Assembly: GCF_038025025.1 (NCBI RefSeq)
Contig: NW_027117340.1
Location: 496,001-560,000, forward strand
Direction of reading: 5' to 3'
Source of the DNA: Phyllosticta citribraziliensis
Taxonomy: Eukaryota
Length of the DNA: 64,000 bases
Position 1 is the first letter of the stretch. Every line of letters begins with the position of its first letter. Positions 10,097 through 22,948 of the stretch are shown piece by piece. The position numbers and the translations under genes were made by a program. The notes under the pieces are model-generated. The model was not told the origin of the DNA and ran no database searches. It was given only the letters and a program-made list of their open reading frames with translations.

Positions 10097-12254
10097 TCAA
10101 GCAGCAGCAACCTCTTCGGCCGGCTTGTCCTGGCCCTTGGAGGCGTCGGCGGTTTCTTCAGCATCCTCCGTGGGCTTTGCATCTTCCATGGCGACGTCTC
10201 CCTTTTTACCTTCTTTGGACTCGGCTCCAGCAGCGGCTGGGGTAGAAGAGATCTCGGCGTCGTCCTTCATCTCAACCTCCTTCGAAGCTTCCTCAGCCTC
10301 AGGCTTGTCCTCGTCCATGGCATCACCGCTCTTGGCGTCTTCGGCCTTGGCCGGCTCGACGGCAGGAGTAGCCTTGTCGCTGCCATCCTTCTCATCATTC
10401 GCTCCCGCCTTGGTCTCGGCGCCGCTCTCCTCCTTGCTCTCGACACCGTTGACCTTGGCAGATTGCTCAGGGGTAGCGGTAGCAGTCGCCTCACTCAGGC
10501 TCTTGTTCCATGCGCCCAAAAGTTCAGTAGAGCGCTGCTTGAACTTGTAGACTTCCTCCTTGGGGATCGAATCGAGCTTGATGATCGCCTTCAGAACCTT
10601 GTTGATCTTGGTGTCCTTGATAATGGCCGCCTCGAGATCTCGGTAGGCCTCCAGTTGGTTGAAATAATCGGACATTTGATCCATCTCCTCAGCCTGAGGA
10701 ACTTGCGAGCGGGTCAAGAAGCCCTTTTGGAGCCGGTGACGCAGGTAGAGAACTGTGTTGCGGATTAGCCTCGAAGCAACTCCATGAAAACGTGACGTCG
10801 GCTTACTGGCTTTGGAACGCTTCTCAAATTGCTGAGCAGGCGTCAAAACCTCTTCGACCTTGGGCGTCTCCGAGCCGCTGTCGGCCTTCTTGGCCTTCGC
10901 TGACTTGGCCGGCGTCTTCTTAGGTTTGCTGGCCGAGGCATCGGAAGGCGTCTTTGGGCCATTGACCTTGAGCTTCGTCTTCGGCGTCTTAGCAGGCTGT
11001 CCAAGGTCATTCCTCGCTGTGAGTACAGTGATATGACGAGACATACCTTGGGGGTGTCGGCCTCGCTGTCAGCCTCCTTCTTGCGCTTCTTTGAAGTCTT
11101 CTTGGCGGGGGTCTCAGCGTCAACCGCATCGTCATCCATCTTCACATCTTCGTCGCCGGCGCTCGCTTTGCTCTTGCGCTTGTCCTTCTTCACTGACTTT
11201 TCGGCCTTTTCCGCCTTCTCAGCCTCCTTGGCTGCCTTTTCGGCCTCTTTGGCCGCCCTCTCCTCAGCATCCTTGGCCACAGCCTTCTCGTGGTCCATCA
11301 ACAAGTTCTTGAAGTAGTCAAGATCGTGGTTCTCGGAAGTGACTTGCCAAGCCTCCCAGAGTGCCTTGCTCCTCTTGCCCTGCTCTTCGCTTGCGACTTG
11401 CTTCTTGACATCGTCCATGTCGAGCAGCATCAAGTCTGTGTTGACTTGCCAAGCACTGCGATCCGCGTTAGCATTTCCTTGTGGAGCTCAGAGGTCAACG
11501 TACAATTCGTTCGTGCCCAAGAACATCACTGGGTACCGGCGATCGCGTGCGTTCTTGCCACCATCCGCGAAATCCTCACGATAAGTGCCATCAGGGCGAA
11601 TGGCGCTCACGGGTCGCTTGTTGAGGAGCGATTCGGGGAGCATTCCCTCGTCGCAGATGATGACAGGCCAGGAAGCGTATCCCTTCATTCTGGCCCACCA
11701 GTACTCACCTGGCTTGACCGAGAGGTTCAAGTTGGGCATAGACTTTTTCTTGTTGAGCTTCTTGTTCTTATGCTCGGGCACACCACCCGTGGACTTCCGT
11801 TTGCCATTGGACTTGGCAGGCGCTGATGCGCCATTCACGCCAGCTGTGGTGTTTCCGCCAGCATCAGCTGAAGTCCAAACATGTCAGCGAGCATGCGCGA
11901 TGCGATACGTCTGACGGTTTGACCTACCCTCAGCCTTCTCATCCTCCTTCACTTCAGTGTTATCCGCCTGCTCGGACTCGGACTTCTCCGCGTCGGGCTC
12001 TGACTTGGTGGTATCTTCCGTCTTTGGTTTCGCTGGATTGAACATGCCAATTAGCAGCCGCGCGACATGTTGTGATTGTCACAGTCTCACGTACCTTCTT
12101 CAGATGGCTCAGCTGCTGCCTCCTCCTTGGACGCAGCTGTGATGCCATCGCCTGGCGCGTCGTCGGTAGTAGTCTTGACCGCAGCGGGCGATGTAGAGGG
12201 CTTCTCAGGCTTCGGCGAGGTCTCAGCAGCAGCGGCAGTCGGTTGGTCGGCCAT
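10097..12254 (-). CDS. PWWP-domain chromatin protein with a C-terminal helical (TFIIS-N/IBD-like) domain; about 6 exons
   Basis: KPGEYWWARMKGYASWPVIIC...YPVMFLGTNE is a PWWP variant. Later come LYLRHRLQKGFL...TKINKVLKAIIKL and Lys/Glu-rich linkers. GT-AG introns connect ORFs 12087, 11488, 10843 and 10097. Confidence 0.85.
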
Positions 12255-14931
12255 TGTGCCTGGGGGAAGACCGTTGCACGACCGGGGCAGGAGTTGGGTT
12301 CGACGGCGACGCGTGTACCGGGAGGTGGGGAGCGTAAACACGGCTCGTGGACACTAGGCGCGACGAGGCTTGTGTCGCGGTGATGCTGTGGTAGGGATGG
12401 TGGATGGAAGGCGATGTGGTTGATGGAAGGAAGCAGTCGTGGTGGAGTGGAGCGCGCGACGTTGGTGTGCTTTTAAGAATGGCCGCCCAGAGCTTGACGG
12501 AAAATGTGTGGCTTAGTCAGGCGGAGGAGCACGAGTGTCGGTAGGCGCGCCCTGAGGCGGACAGCGATCGCAACAGCAGCCTCACCACCACCAGATAGCT
12601 TCCAAAGAAATGGAGGAGGGTGTAGCGTGCGATGCTCGCTCATGCAGCAGCACCTTTCTGCTTGTTCACGGCCAAACGGACGTGTTCATGGCGTGACGCG
12701 CGTGTAGGCCTGGCCGATCGGGACGGTCGCTTGCGCTGAAATGGACGCATCCCCCAACACAGCGCCCGAGCTTCCCGCGATTGCGCAGACTGAAGCCCAA
12801 GACCTCGAGATTGCGATTCGACCTCTGAAGCCTGGTTGGACGAATCATACGTCGGTGGAGGAGAGAGACCAATTGCGTGCAGTCATACGCTTCCAATTTC
12901 GTCCCAAGCTCTTTCTCCAGGTTTCCGTTCCAGCGTCCGATCGCTCCGGAGAGTAGCCCTAGGAGAATGACCACGTCGATAACCTGCATCCGCAGCTGCG
13001 AGCGACATTGTCGTCTTTCCAGACAATGAGTACGCGGAAGCCGCAGAGCAGCTAGGAAAAGAAAGTTTGTCAACTCAAGTACCAGTATCTTAAGCTGATG
13101 CCTGTGCTGAGGCGCTCTCCTGACGAGAATCCATGGAATTTGCTGTTGATGACCGCTGTCTAGAACCTAGACTGCGTTAGCCCCTGATTGAACAACGCTC
13201 GGCTTTCTAAAGATCGAATCCCGCCAGATAGAATCCGCGCGTGTGAAACTTTCAAACTACCTTTGGATGAGCCCCGTGAAAACATTGTCAGTCTTGAGCT
13301 CAAGGAAAGATTTGAATGAAGAAAGATGGCCGAGCGGTGAATGGAAGCTTCTGGAGCAGACCCCACAGTCTCATGTGACCCACGAAGATCCAGGGTGGAC
13401 TACCTGTGGCCAGGGTTGAGAGAGGGGCTGCCGAAGAGCATGTAGAATATCGCTCAGGGCCAGAAATCTTGAGTCCAGGCTTCCAGAGCCTACGAGGTAA
13501 TGACCGTGGGAAATAAATCCGAGTCCTCACGGATAAGAAGCATTTGCGAGTAGCAAGTGCATTTTGCAGACTGACGAAAGATAAAGGCCAACCAAATACG
13601 GAAGAGTTGAACAGGAAATAGAAATTCGAATTGCACAGAATACCCAAGTCCTTTTGGGTATGCTGGAAAAGAAAAGACGGGCCAAGCTTCAACAGCTTGT
13701 GGTGTTGGAGCGCGTGGAGATGTGAATAAGTGACAATGGACGAATGAAACCATCCCTTTTCCAAAGTCGTTGACGACGAGGAGGATGTGGGAATACTTTT
13801 GACGGAGGGAGATGGCGCTCGTAGAACTTTGGGATTGACGAAATCGTTTACATCGACATGGGTGAAGGACAGTCGGACCTGGAGAAATCCCACAATGTCT
13901 ATTGGCGCGTCCAGAAGTTTTGCCCACGCTATTTTGTGAGGTTGACCATCACCGACATTGAGCTCCAAGCCGAGAGACCCAATTCACGTCTGACGCGCTC
14001 AATGGACGCTTTTGGGCTTTCAACGTGGGCGACTCACAGGAATCATCCTCCCGACTGTTGCTCGCAGAGCTCGCCCACCCGGTTGAATTTGTGGCGGTCT
14101 CCAAAACGCAGCCGTCATCCAGTGGCTCCCAGGATATGAGAGTGACCGCAAGGCACCCGGTATAAACCGCCAGGAAAATGGTGTCCAGAGACTCCCTGCG
14201 ATCGAACAGGTCGCACATTTGATCGAACCATCTTTGCCGTCGGAGGCGCGCTTTGTGCGATGTGGCCGGCTGCCGAAAAGCGAAAACGGCCGTACTGTCG
14301 GTGCAGTCAACAGCCTCGGTGATAGGGTATGTGACGACGGGTTTGATGCGGCTTGCGAGGCGGTCGTGGAACAGGTTGCGGCTCAACGTGTACTTGCATG
14401 GTGATCTTGAGCGCTGAGACGTCGGACAGACGACCTTGGCCTGCCCTGCTTAGTCAGACCCACGTGTGTAGCCCATTGAATAGGACACATACGGACACTT
14501 TTTACGGCAGCGTACAGTATGTTAATATTTTCTTTCTTCTAGATAAATGCTGGAATTTATTTTCCCTAATGTGTACTTTACGATCTGATTTGGGCTATCA
14601 GGCTATCAAATGCATGTTCTTAAGAAGGCGCTTTGCGCTTGGTGCTATGCTCACCACGAAGAACCAAGAAGAGAGACTTTCCTCAATTGTCGAATTTACC
14701 CGGAACCACGTTGGATTGAAGAGATCTTGTATGCTTTGGCATCGGCGCAGGTATTTCCGCACGCAGTATTTAAAGCATGCAATAGAAGACCGAAAGAGCT
14801 GGCACACAGATTGGAGCCAAGAATACCAGTAATTGAAATTTGTAAAAAGGCAGATCAATCAAAACGCCTCTCCCATGCGCTCCCATGGTCTTTGGTAGCC
14901 TCTTCCGATGCTGATAAAATCTACCACCTGA

Positions 14932-15555
14932 TCAAGGCCTCCTTTTAACAAACTCCTCCAAATCACTCCTTGTCGCCACACCAAGCACAAATCTCCTGCT
15001 CGCATCTGTGATGACTGCGAATTCCTGCTTCGATCCAGTGTTGCTGCCTTCGAAAAAGGCCTCCAGCTCCTCGAGCGGCGTGTCCATGGTGATGACCTTG
15101 TAGACGTTGGCCTTGCGGCGGAAACGCATCATGGCCTGCTCGACATGATCGGTCTCTTGGACCTTGCCCTCCTTGAGGAGCTCCTTGAGGCGCGGTATGC
15201 TGAGGTATCCGAGCAGGGCGCGGTTCTCGGGCGAAACGACTGTCAGGTGCGTATAGTCTCGTTCGAAGGCCGACATGAGCGCGTGCGAGATGGGGTCCTT
15301 TGGAGAGACCGAGAGCGCTGGAGGAGAGTCAAGGTCTTCCACGGTGGCCTATGTTGTCTGTGAGCAACTGTTGTCCAATGCTGAGCTCTTGGATGGTCGG
15401 GTCGACGATGCGCCTGCGCCTGCAAGTCGCAGTGCCCCGCGACCACCATGGTGAATGAGAAAGCTCACCCCGCGATACTTGTCGGCCCAAAGCGACGTAG
15501 ACCCAGGCTGCGGTACGCTACTTGAAGTGGTTGCTGGCATTGTGCTTGTGGCCAT
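14932..15555 (-). CDS. Small CBS-domain-pair protein; 2 exons (intron 15468-15349)
   Basis: WADKYRG|ATVEDLDSPPALSV...ALMSAFERDYTHLTVV...LLGYLS...VITMDTPLEELEAFF...FAVITD...VLGVATRSDL: two CBS-like repeats. Confidence 0.8.
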
Positions 15556-16669
15556 TGTGGTTGTGTGTTTGGGAGGAGACCGAATCAGAAGGGCATGGTG
15601 AAAGGTGACGTGGGGCGGAGGTGAGGCTCTTGAACAAAGCAGGGTTCCGCACCATGTACGAGTCGGAAAATGATCACCACACTCTCTGTGTTTTAAGCCC
15701 AGCGTAAGCTACCGAGTTCTCCATAGGACGTTGAATCATTCGTTTGGTCTAATATTTGAACGACGGATTTTTCCACAATTCACCATTCTCGAACTACGAG
15801 GCCTTCGCACGAGTTGTCCACCCTAAAGCATCGTCAAAGTCCACACCAAAGCCGCTATCATGCAGTCGTGAGAGTTTGGGTGGTTAGGCCCACAGTTTTG
15901 GGTCCTACTCTATCTGTGAATCTGTACAGAATCCCTCAACACGACCCGAGCCAAGCATTCTTAGCTCATATCAATATTTCCTCCCACCTAAGAAATTATG
16001 TCAAGCAGGAAGGCGCATGGAAAAGGCACAACCGCGCAGATGACCTTTTGCACCATCTTACCTAGAAATGATACTTTATTCCAGTAACAAAGCGCCAGAG
16101 GTTTCTGTTCGTTAGCGCCACCCAAGAACTACATCATGACCTTATCGCGAGGAAGGCATGAGCTCCACCGTCGACCGCATCTTCAAAGACCCAAACCGAC
16201 GGGGGACATGGGATAGCCGTCAGGTAGTCCTACAAGGGAAGCCCTGTCGTGGCCCGCGATTTTCATAAAGTTCCCTGCACAAGATGTCTTAGCACTGGAT
16301 CTTGAATGCTTCTGTGTAAAATGAATGTTTGGAGGGATTTTCAGAGAGAAGATTACTCGGCATTATCTAGACTGTCCATGAGAGGTGCTGAGGTCCCGTA
16401 TCTCTCCAACGCCAAGCGCTTAGATAGAACGATCCTCCCTCGCCACTTCATGCGTCCGGATCTACGCCTAAGGATGACGATAAAGGTTCTCATCATTGGA
16501 AAGGAGGACAACGAATCTGACGGGGAATCAACACTAACCTTAGAAATTACCCTGCAGGACGGGCCTCTGAGTTAGCCATGTTGCTCTTGAGCTCGTGGCT
16601 GGCTTGCGGGCGGATTCGAGCGCTGCGACGGGAGTAAATGTCCCACAGAGAACTGTCCCGCGGTGGAGC

Positions 16670-17363
16670 TCAATAGTCCAATTCGACGTCAACCGCCTTC
16701 ACGTCGTCCATCTCTCGCGCAATTCGCCGGAAGGTATGATGTTCGGATTCATCGCTCCTCTTGCGCTTCTTTGGACCATTGTTATACGGCGGGGCGTCAT
16801 TGCTCGCGACTTGTGGACTCAACCTGCGCTCGCTGCCTTGAATCCTTTGATTTTCTTGCTTGATGCTGGGGTTGGCGTTTTCCACGGATTTTTCTTCCTC
16901 GGCTTTCTCAACCACAGTTGTTGCGGCTGCGGGGTCAGACTGTGGTTCATACTCTCCTTCCTCACTAGGCTCGTTCGACTTCGACTTGGCTTCAAGCTCG
17001 GTTAACCTGCGCTCTGCAGCTTCGGACGCGTGCTCCAACAGTTGTGCGTAGAGTCGTTGAACTTCACTATGCCGGAAGATTGAAATTTCATCGTCAGTGA
17101 GAGTGCGCTCGACGCCGTCTTCATAGTATCCGAGACCATCGTCCTCATAGTCTTCTGTGACAGCTGGAGCTTCTGTAAGATTGTCCGCAACGTGTGAAGG
17201 CTCCTCATGGCGTGCTTGCTGGTGGGAAAGGAAGTCTGCCGGAGCTGACGCAGTGGGAAAGTGTCTTTGATGAAAGTCACGCATGTCATCCTAAGGACCG
17301 TTAGCTAGTGTCGAAAACTGGACGGCGGGGGATGAGTACCACTGTGATGGCCGGGACTCTCAT
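16670..17363 (-). CDS. Conserved fungal protein (DUF3807-like); 2 exons (intron 17339-17291)
   Basis: MRVPAITV|DDMRDFHQRHF...DDGLGYYEDGVERTLTDDEISIFRHSEVQ...TFRRIAREMD...VELDY*. The intron has a GTACTC donor, GCTAAC branch point and TAG acceptor. Confidence 0.75.
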
Positions 17364-17618
17364 GATGACTGGCCGGCTGAGCGTCCCGAAGACTCAGCTT
17401 GGACTCAGAACTGGCGGATGGGTGTCGCAGTCGGAGGATGGGAAGGAAGACGAACTCGACGCGCGCGCGCCGCAAAGCTTCCGCGCACGGACACCCGCCG
17501 TGGAGTAGGCGAGATCACATGCAGATAACGGCGATTCGATGACGCAGTGGTGTCTCATCGCAGCAGTCCAAGTCCTGCTTGAGTCGCAGGCTGGTACTTG
17601 ACTTCAGCGTGCATCAAG

Positions 17619-18298
17619 ATGAGAGCTGCATTTATCCACTCTTTCTCCATCAGTTCACTCCTGCTTCTCTTCGCCAGCGCAAGAGCTGGCCCGCTTTTCC
17701 TGCACAGGCTTGACCAAGCTCCCATCGCGAACGCTCCAGGCATCGTTCTGCCGCCGATGGATACCACGCACGATCCAAAGACCGGCGAGCCAATACTCTC
17801 GGACATCGTGGGAAGAGACAGGAGCATCAATATATTTAGCGGTTTCACGCGAGACGTCGACGCTGTATCCGCGCGGCTCGACGACAGCAACAAGAACGCA
17901 ACTATTCTCGCACCCCACAATAGCGCCATCGCAAGCCTGCCCCGCAAGCCATGGGAAGACCCGAAAGACTACGATTCTTTGGGCTCGGAGGCCTATGCTG
18001 GTGCTGAAGGATCTGGTCGGGCAAATAAGAACCTCCAGACGTTTGTGAACGCCCACATCGTACCTCGCAGCCCGTGGCCCGAGAACGAGAAGGTGGAAAC
18101 GGTGGCTGGCAACACTGTCTGGTACGAGGTCAAGGATGGCAAGAAATTCGTAAGAGATCCTTCTGCTAGGCACATGTCCGTTCATCGTTGAAACTTGATC
18201 AGATTCAGCCCGGCAACATCGAGGTGTTGAGCGTTGCCGACAAAGTTGCCAACGGCCAACTCTGGATCCTCAAAGACGTGCTGAATTACGGACAATGA
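17619..18298 (+). CDS. Secreted FAS1 (fasciclin) domain protein; 2 exons
   Basis: Hydrophobic signal peptide, TILAPHNSAI (FAS1 H1), FVNAHIV, and after the intron (18150-18202) IQPGNIEV...VANGQLWILKDVL (H2). Confidence 0.85.
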
Positions 18299-18633
18299 TC
18301 GATTCGTGAGAGTCCCATTTCTGCATTTTCGTTTATAGCGTTGTGGTTCGTGAGATACCTTGATAATGTTATGGTGGTCGAGAGACCGGAAGCAAAGTCT
18401 CAAAGCGAATGGTTATATGGGTGCATAAAACAACATGCGTTTTGTCCCACTCTATCATGATTGGAAAACTCTATACGCTGTATTAGCCACACTAATGTAC
18501 TCGTACCGACGCTCCGTAGTGGTACTCCACCTTTGCATCTGGTGACCTCATCCTGGGCAACCCCACCCTCGGCAAGCCGGTTCGCCTTTAATCTCATAGG
18601 CCGTCCCGGGACTACACAAGCAAAAACATCAAC

Positions 18634-19902
18634 ATGACGGATACAACGGATTTAGAAAATCTTCTGATATGCGTCATTTGTGGCACACAATTCGATGTGC
18701 CAGCCTCCAACCCGCTTCCCAACTGTAGAATATGCGACGTCAGTGCTCCCGGCCTGCTCTTCCAAGCGTTCAAAGCAAATTAACAGGTTAAGAGCTAACG
18801 TCGAGTTTCAGGATCCTCGCCAGTTTGTCCCGCCTACGGGGCAGAGATGGACAAGTCTGGCAGAAATGCATGGAAAATACGAAAACAAGTGGCAGCAGGA
18901 CCCTGAAGAGCGTGGAATGTGGTCCATCTGGACAGAGCCCAAAGTACTACGCACCATTTGCATTTATTATCAAGCCCTTCGTGTGCTGATGTCTTGATTC
19001 CAGTTCGCGATTGGCCAACGAGCAATCTTGATTGAAACCCCAGAAGGCAACGTGCTGTGGGATTTGATCACGTACCTCGATGAGAAAACGATTGAATTTG
19101 TAGGTTCCACTGATTTTCTCCCACCATTTCACAAGCGCTCATTTGCCCTGGATGGCTCTCACGGGCGTCAAAAAGACATGCTCATACAGTCTCCATAACG
19201 AGTTGTTCTATCACATATTCTGACCCTACACAGATCCACTCCCGCGGACCTCTCCTCGCAATTGTGATCTCGCACCCCCACTACTACACGACACACCTCC
19301 ACTGGTCTTCCATGTTCGACAATTGTCCCGTCTACACGGCCATCGAAGACATGTCGTGGTTCAACCGCGAAGACTCGGCGACTCGACCCGCGCGCCACTT
19401 CATCACGGCGACGCCATTCCAGATCCCTATCTCGCCGTCGCTGGAAAAGGCCGACGCCGTCACGGTGCTCAAGCCCGGCGGCCACTTCCCAGGCTCGCTC
19501 GTGCTGCATTTCCACCGCCGCCTGCTCATTGCCGACACGTTTGTCACCGTGCCGTCGGGCATGAATCCACATCCGCTGGACCCGACGGCGGGTGCGAAGC
19601 TCGCGCCGGATTCGTCGACTTCGCGGCCTCCGCCGACGCCGCAGCCAGGCACCACGACGTACTCGTTCATGTGGTCCATTCCTAACATGATTCCTCTGTC
19701 GCCTGATGATTTGCAGGCTATGTGGGACGCGGTCAAGGCTTTCCGGTGGGAGAGCACGCATGGTGCGTTTGTTGGTATGGATGTGCGTAGGAGCGGGGAC
19801 GATGGAAAGGAAGGACCGCGCGCACTGCTTGAGAGTATGAAGATCCAGGCACGCGGGATGGGTTGGGGTAACCACAAATTGCTGGGTGAGAAGGTGGTCT
19901 GA
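18634..19902 (+). CDS. Metallo-beta-lactamase-fold hydrolase with an N-terminal CxxC...CxxC motif; 4 exons
   Basis: LICVICGTQF...CRICD|DPRQFVP...|FAIGQRAILIETPEGNVLWDLI...|AIVISHPHYYTT...GGHFPGSLVL...ADT...YSFMWSIPNMIPL...STHGAF. Confidence 0.85.
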
Positions 19903-20166
19903 CAAAGATGGATTCCCTTTGTCGGAGTGTGCGGCCGGCAGCGAGTTCAAAGAAGACATGTACGCGTTTGTTTTTCTTGATCTTTCGGAGTACGGTGAGA
20001 TTGATATTGGGTAGCTAATGAGAACCACCCTGAGCTGTTCCAAGCCACCTGTCCAAATTTGCCGCGCACATATTCAGAACTGTCTAAGAGGGGTAAAATG
20101 GAGGAAGGCAAATTGACCCAGTTCCCTGAGCTTTCCCCAGCCAGGAAAGATCAAAAGTGTCCAGTC

Positions 20167-22137
20167 TCACACAACTGTCCTCGGCGAAATTCTAACATCG
20201 AGTCCGCTCTGCACGACGAAAAAGTACGTTCGGAAGTCCAGCTCGCGCTCCGGGTGGATCAGCTCCATCTTGAAGTCACGGAGCAGCATGGGCAGCACTT
20301 TGTTCATCTCAAGGAGTGCAAGGTTGCGGCCGATGCAGATGTGGGCGCCACCGCCAAACTGAGAGGGAAATAGTCAGCATCGAGTGCACTTGGAACCCAA
20401 ACACAAGATTGTGGAATCACCTGAAACATGTGCCTATCCATCAACTTCGCCCTCTCCGCATCTTCGAGCCAGCGCTCCGGGCGAAACACTTCAGCGTCGT
20501 CTCCAAAGATGCCCCGGTCGCGGTGCAGCACCCAGGCATGCACATCAATGGCCGTGCCACCCGGATACCACTTGCCGTCAATCTCTGCACCGGCCGGTGG
20601 CACTTGACGCGCCATGGCGACGCCCACGGCGGGCCGCATGCGCATGGCCTCCTTGAGCGCGGCCTGGAAGTAGGGCAGCTGGAGCGCTTCATTGTACTGC
20701 ACAACGTCCGAGAGCCGCCCCGCTTTGACTGCGTCGTCTATTTCGGCTAGGATCCGTCGGTAGATGTGCGGTTCGCGGAGGACGTGGTGGAGTAAGGATT
20801 GCATGGTTGAGGCGGTCGAGTCGGAACCAGCGAAGCTGTAGGTTGCCATTGTCAATGGACATGGTCCTAGTAGTTTCAAGGCATGGAGGATGTGCAACTT
20901 ACATGGCTCCGTGTGCTACAGCAAAGACATCACCTTCCGAGAACTTTTCAGGGGTAGCTTCATGTGCTCTGAGCAACTGTCCGAGCAGATCCTTTCGCTC
21001 CGTATTCACCTCCCCCGTCTTTCTCTTTCTCAACTCGTCCAGCGCCAGACGAGTTATTAGTGGTTGCGCGCTCTTGACGAGAACCTGGCACAGCTTCCAA
21101 ATGGGGTTGTGCCGCAAAAGAGCGTTTAGTTGCGGGATCTGACCCACCGCGGCATTGTACTGCTGGTTCACGTTGATGGCGCTGATGCAGCCTTCAACAT
21201 CTTTTCCAGTATCCAGAAAACCGAAGCGACGGCTAAACGCCACTTCCCCCAGGACGTCAAAGGCGAAATAGTGGAGCCAGATGTCCAGAGCCACTTCGCG
21301 CGAGCCCTCGGCGAAACTTCTTACTTTTTGCATCAGTAGATCAATGGTGTTTTCGATACAAGGCGTCATTTGCTGCATGGTCGCCATGCTGTAGGGTACA
21401 GCCGCTGCCCGCTTCTTGCGCGCGTGTTCATGTTCGCGGATTTCGGTGAAAATGTCCGGGTTTTCGGGCGGCGGGAAAACAGCGTAGAAGTCGGTCTTGT
21501 GGAACCCTTTTCCAGCGGAGAGGATTTCGCGAGCTGCATATGGCGACGATACCGAGATGGAGTTTGGAGACGTGCGGACGATTGGTCCTTGGAGGCACTT
21601 TAGTCGAACATCTAGATGGATTTGAAAACATAAGGTGCAGATCGAGATGGAAAGCAGCAAACAAACTCCCGCCAACCCTGAGTAATCAACTGATGGCTAT
21701 CTGTTTGATGCCATTGATTGATGATACAAAATGTGTGTAGCGCAAACCAAACAGCTTTTTGCCAACGTGATAGAGTTTTCGAGCAAAGTCCAGTTGGTGT
21801 CAAAAGACGAGAGCGAAGATTTGTTGTTTCCTCCCTATGAACGAGGGCCGAAACAAGCGAATGTTCAGAGACTCGGTAGGAATGCCTTACCATACTTGGC
21901 GTGCAGCTTGATATATTCCGTCTCTTGATGCTGCGTGATGGTCGCCCAAAACTTCCAAAGACGAGTTCCAGAGGCAAGGAAGGGCCCAGGAATGCTCCGC
22001 AGCGGCGAGGAATACCGATTCCAGAGAAAACGAGCCACCAAGAAGATTACCAAGGCAAGAAAGATGGATATCGGATCAGCGCGAAGGAGCAGACGGCCGA
22101 TGGCCGAGCCCGCCACGTGTTTGGAGTAGTCTTCCAT
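20167..22137 (-). CDS. Cytochrome P450 monooxygenase (pisatin-demethylase-like group); 4 exons
   Basis: N-terminal TM anchor and IPGP, I-helix AGSDST, K-helix EAMR, PERW, and heme motif FGGGAHICIG in the last exon; TGA at 20169-20167. Confidence 0.93.
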
Positions 22138-22248
22138 CTCTGCAGCGGATTAGACGATGGCACAACATCCTTCTTGGGAGTAACGAAGGGCCGAAGTGCA
22201 TTTAAAGGAGGGCACGAAAGTTATTATCCGCATGACTAGCTACTCCAG

Positions 22249-22270
22249 ATCCGACACGGGGCTGTCGGAT
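22249..22270. promoter_or_regulatory. Perfect 8-bp inverted repeat ATCCGACA-N6-TGTCGGAT in the divergent P450/MFS promoter (putative Zn2Cys6 site)
   Basis: The inverted repeat is directly visible. The half-site TGTCGGATTT recurs at 22422-22431. Confidence 0.5.
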
Positions 22271-22948
22271 TTGCTTTGGGGTTCTTATTGAGACGAGTGA
22301 TTGCGAAGCTGACACGAGCGATGCCAACGACTGGACTGGAGCCATAAATGGGAGCGCGCATGATTTGCAGAGGATCGCGGGGTACCCCACGCAATTGATC
22401 GCCAGATTTGTTCATGGTCAGTGTCGGATTTAGGCACTGCCGGCATGTTGAGGAGTTTGAACAGGGCTGAGGAGTTTGGTACGGTGGTCTTGCCGGGTCC
22501 AGAAGTGTCTCCGACTGGACCGTTAGCCTGAGGCGCGTCAAAGGCTATTGTTGATAAACGTAGCGCCCCGCAGATGTGGCGGCTAGGGTTGGCCAGAGCA
22601 AGTGATGGAATCTGCCAACCAATCTCAATGTGAGAAGAGCGTCGGGGGCTGAGCAGACGTCGACAGTCGAGTCGCTGGTCTGTCATGCAGCGGACCGGAG
22701 AAACCTGGTCTCCCCCAGACTGCGAAGCTACCCCTGTCTGGTACCGGCTCGTGTTCCTTGCATCCATCGTTCCAAGCCCATGACGTGCACAGCGTGTTGT
22801 ACCCGCGACTACTACTAGCGCTACAGACGGTTTGCTCGTCGTTCCGCGACGCCCTTCATCGTCGTCAGCATGTAGTGCTCACCGTAGAAGGGCCACTTCG
22901 GCCGTCTTTCTGTCAAGAGTCCAGGTCTTGCCAAAGACAACAGCTGCC

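Noticed and set aside
15814..16575. Short ORFs 15814..16065 and 16306..16575
   Set aside because: No domain, weak starts, and they cannot be joined by convincing introns.
21590..21890. Long (~300 nt) first intron of the P450 as a TPP riboswitch or snoRNA host
   Set aside because: No TPP aptamer core or C/D box arrangement is visible.
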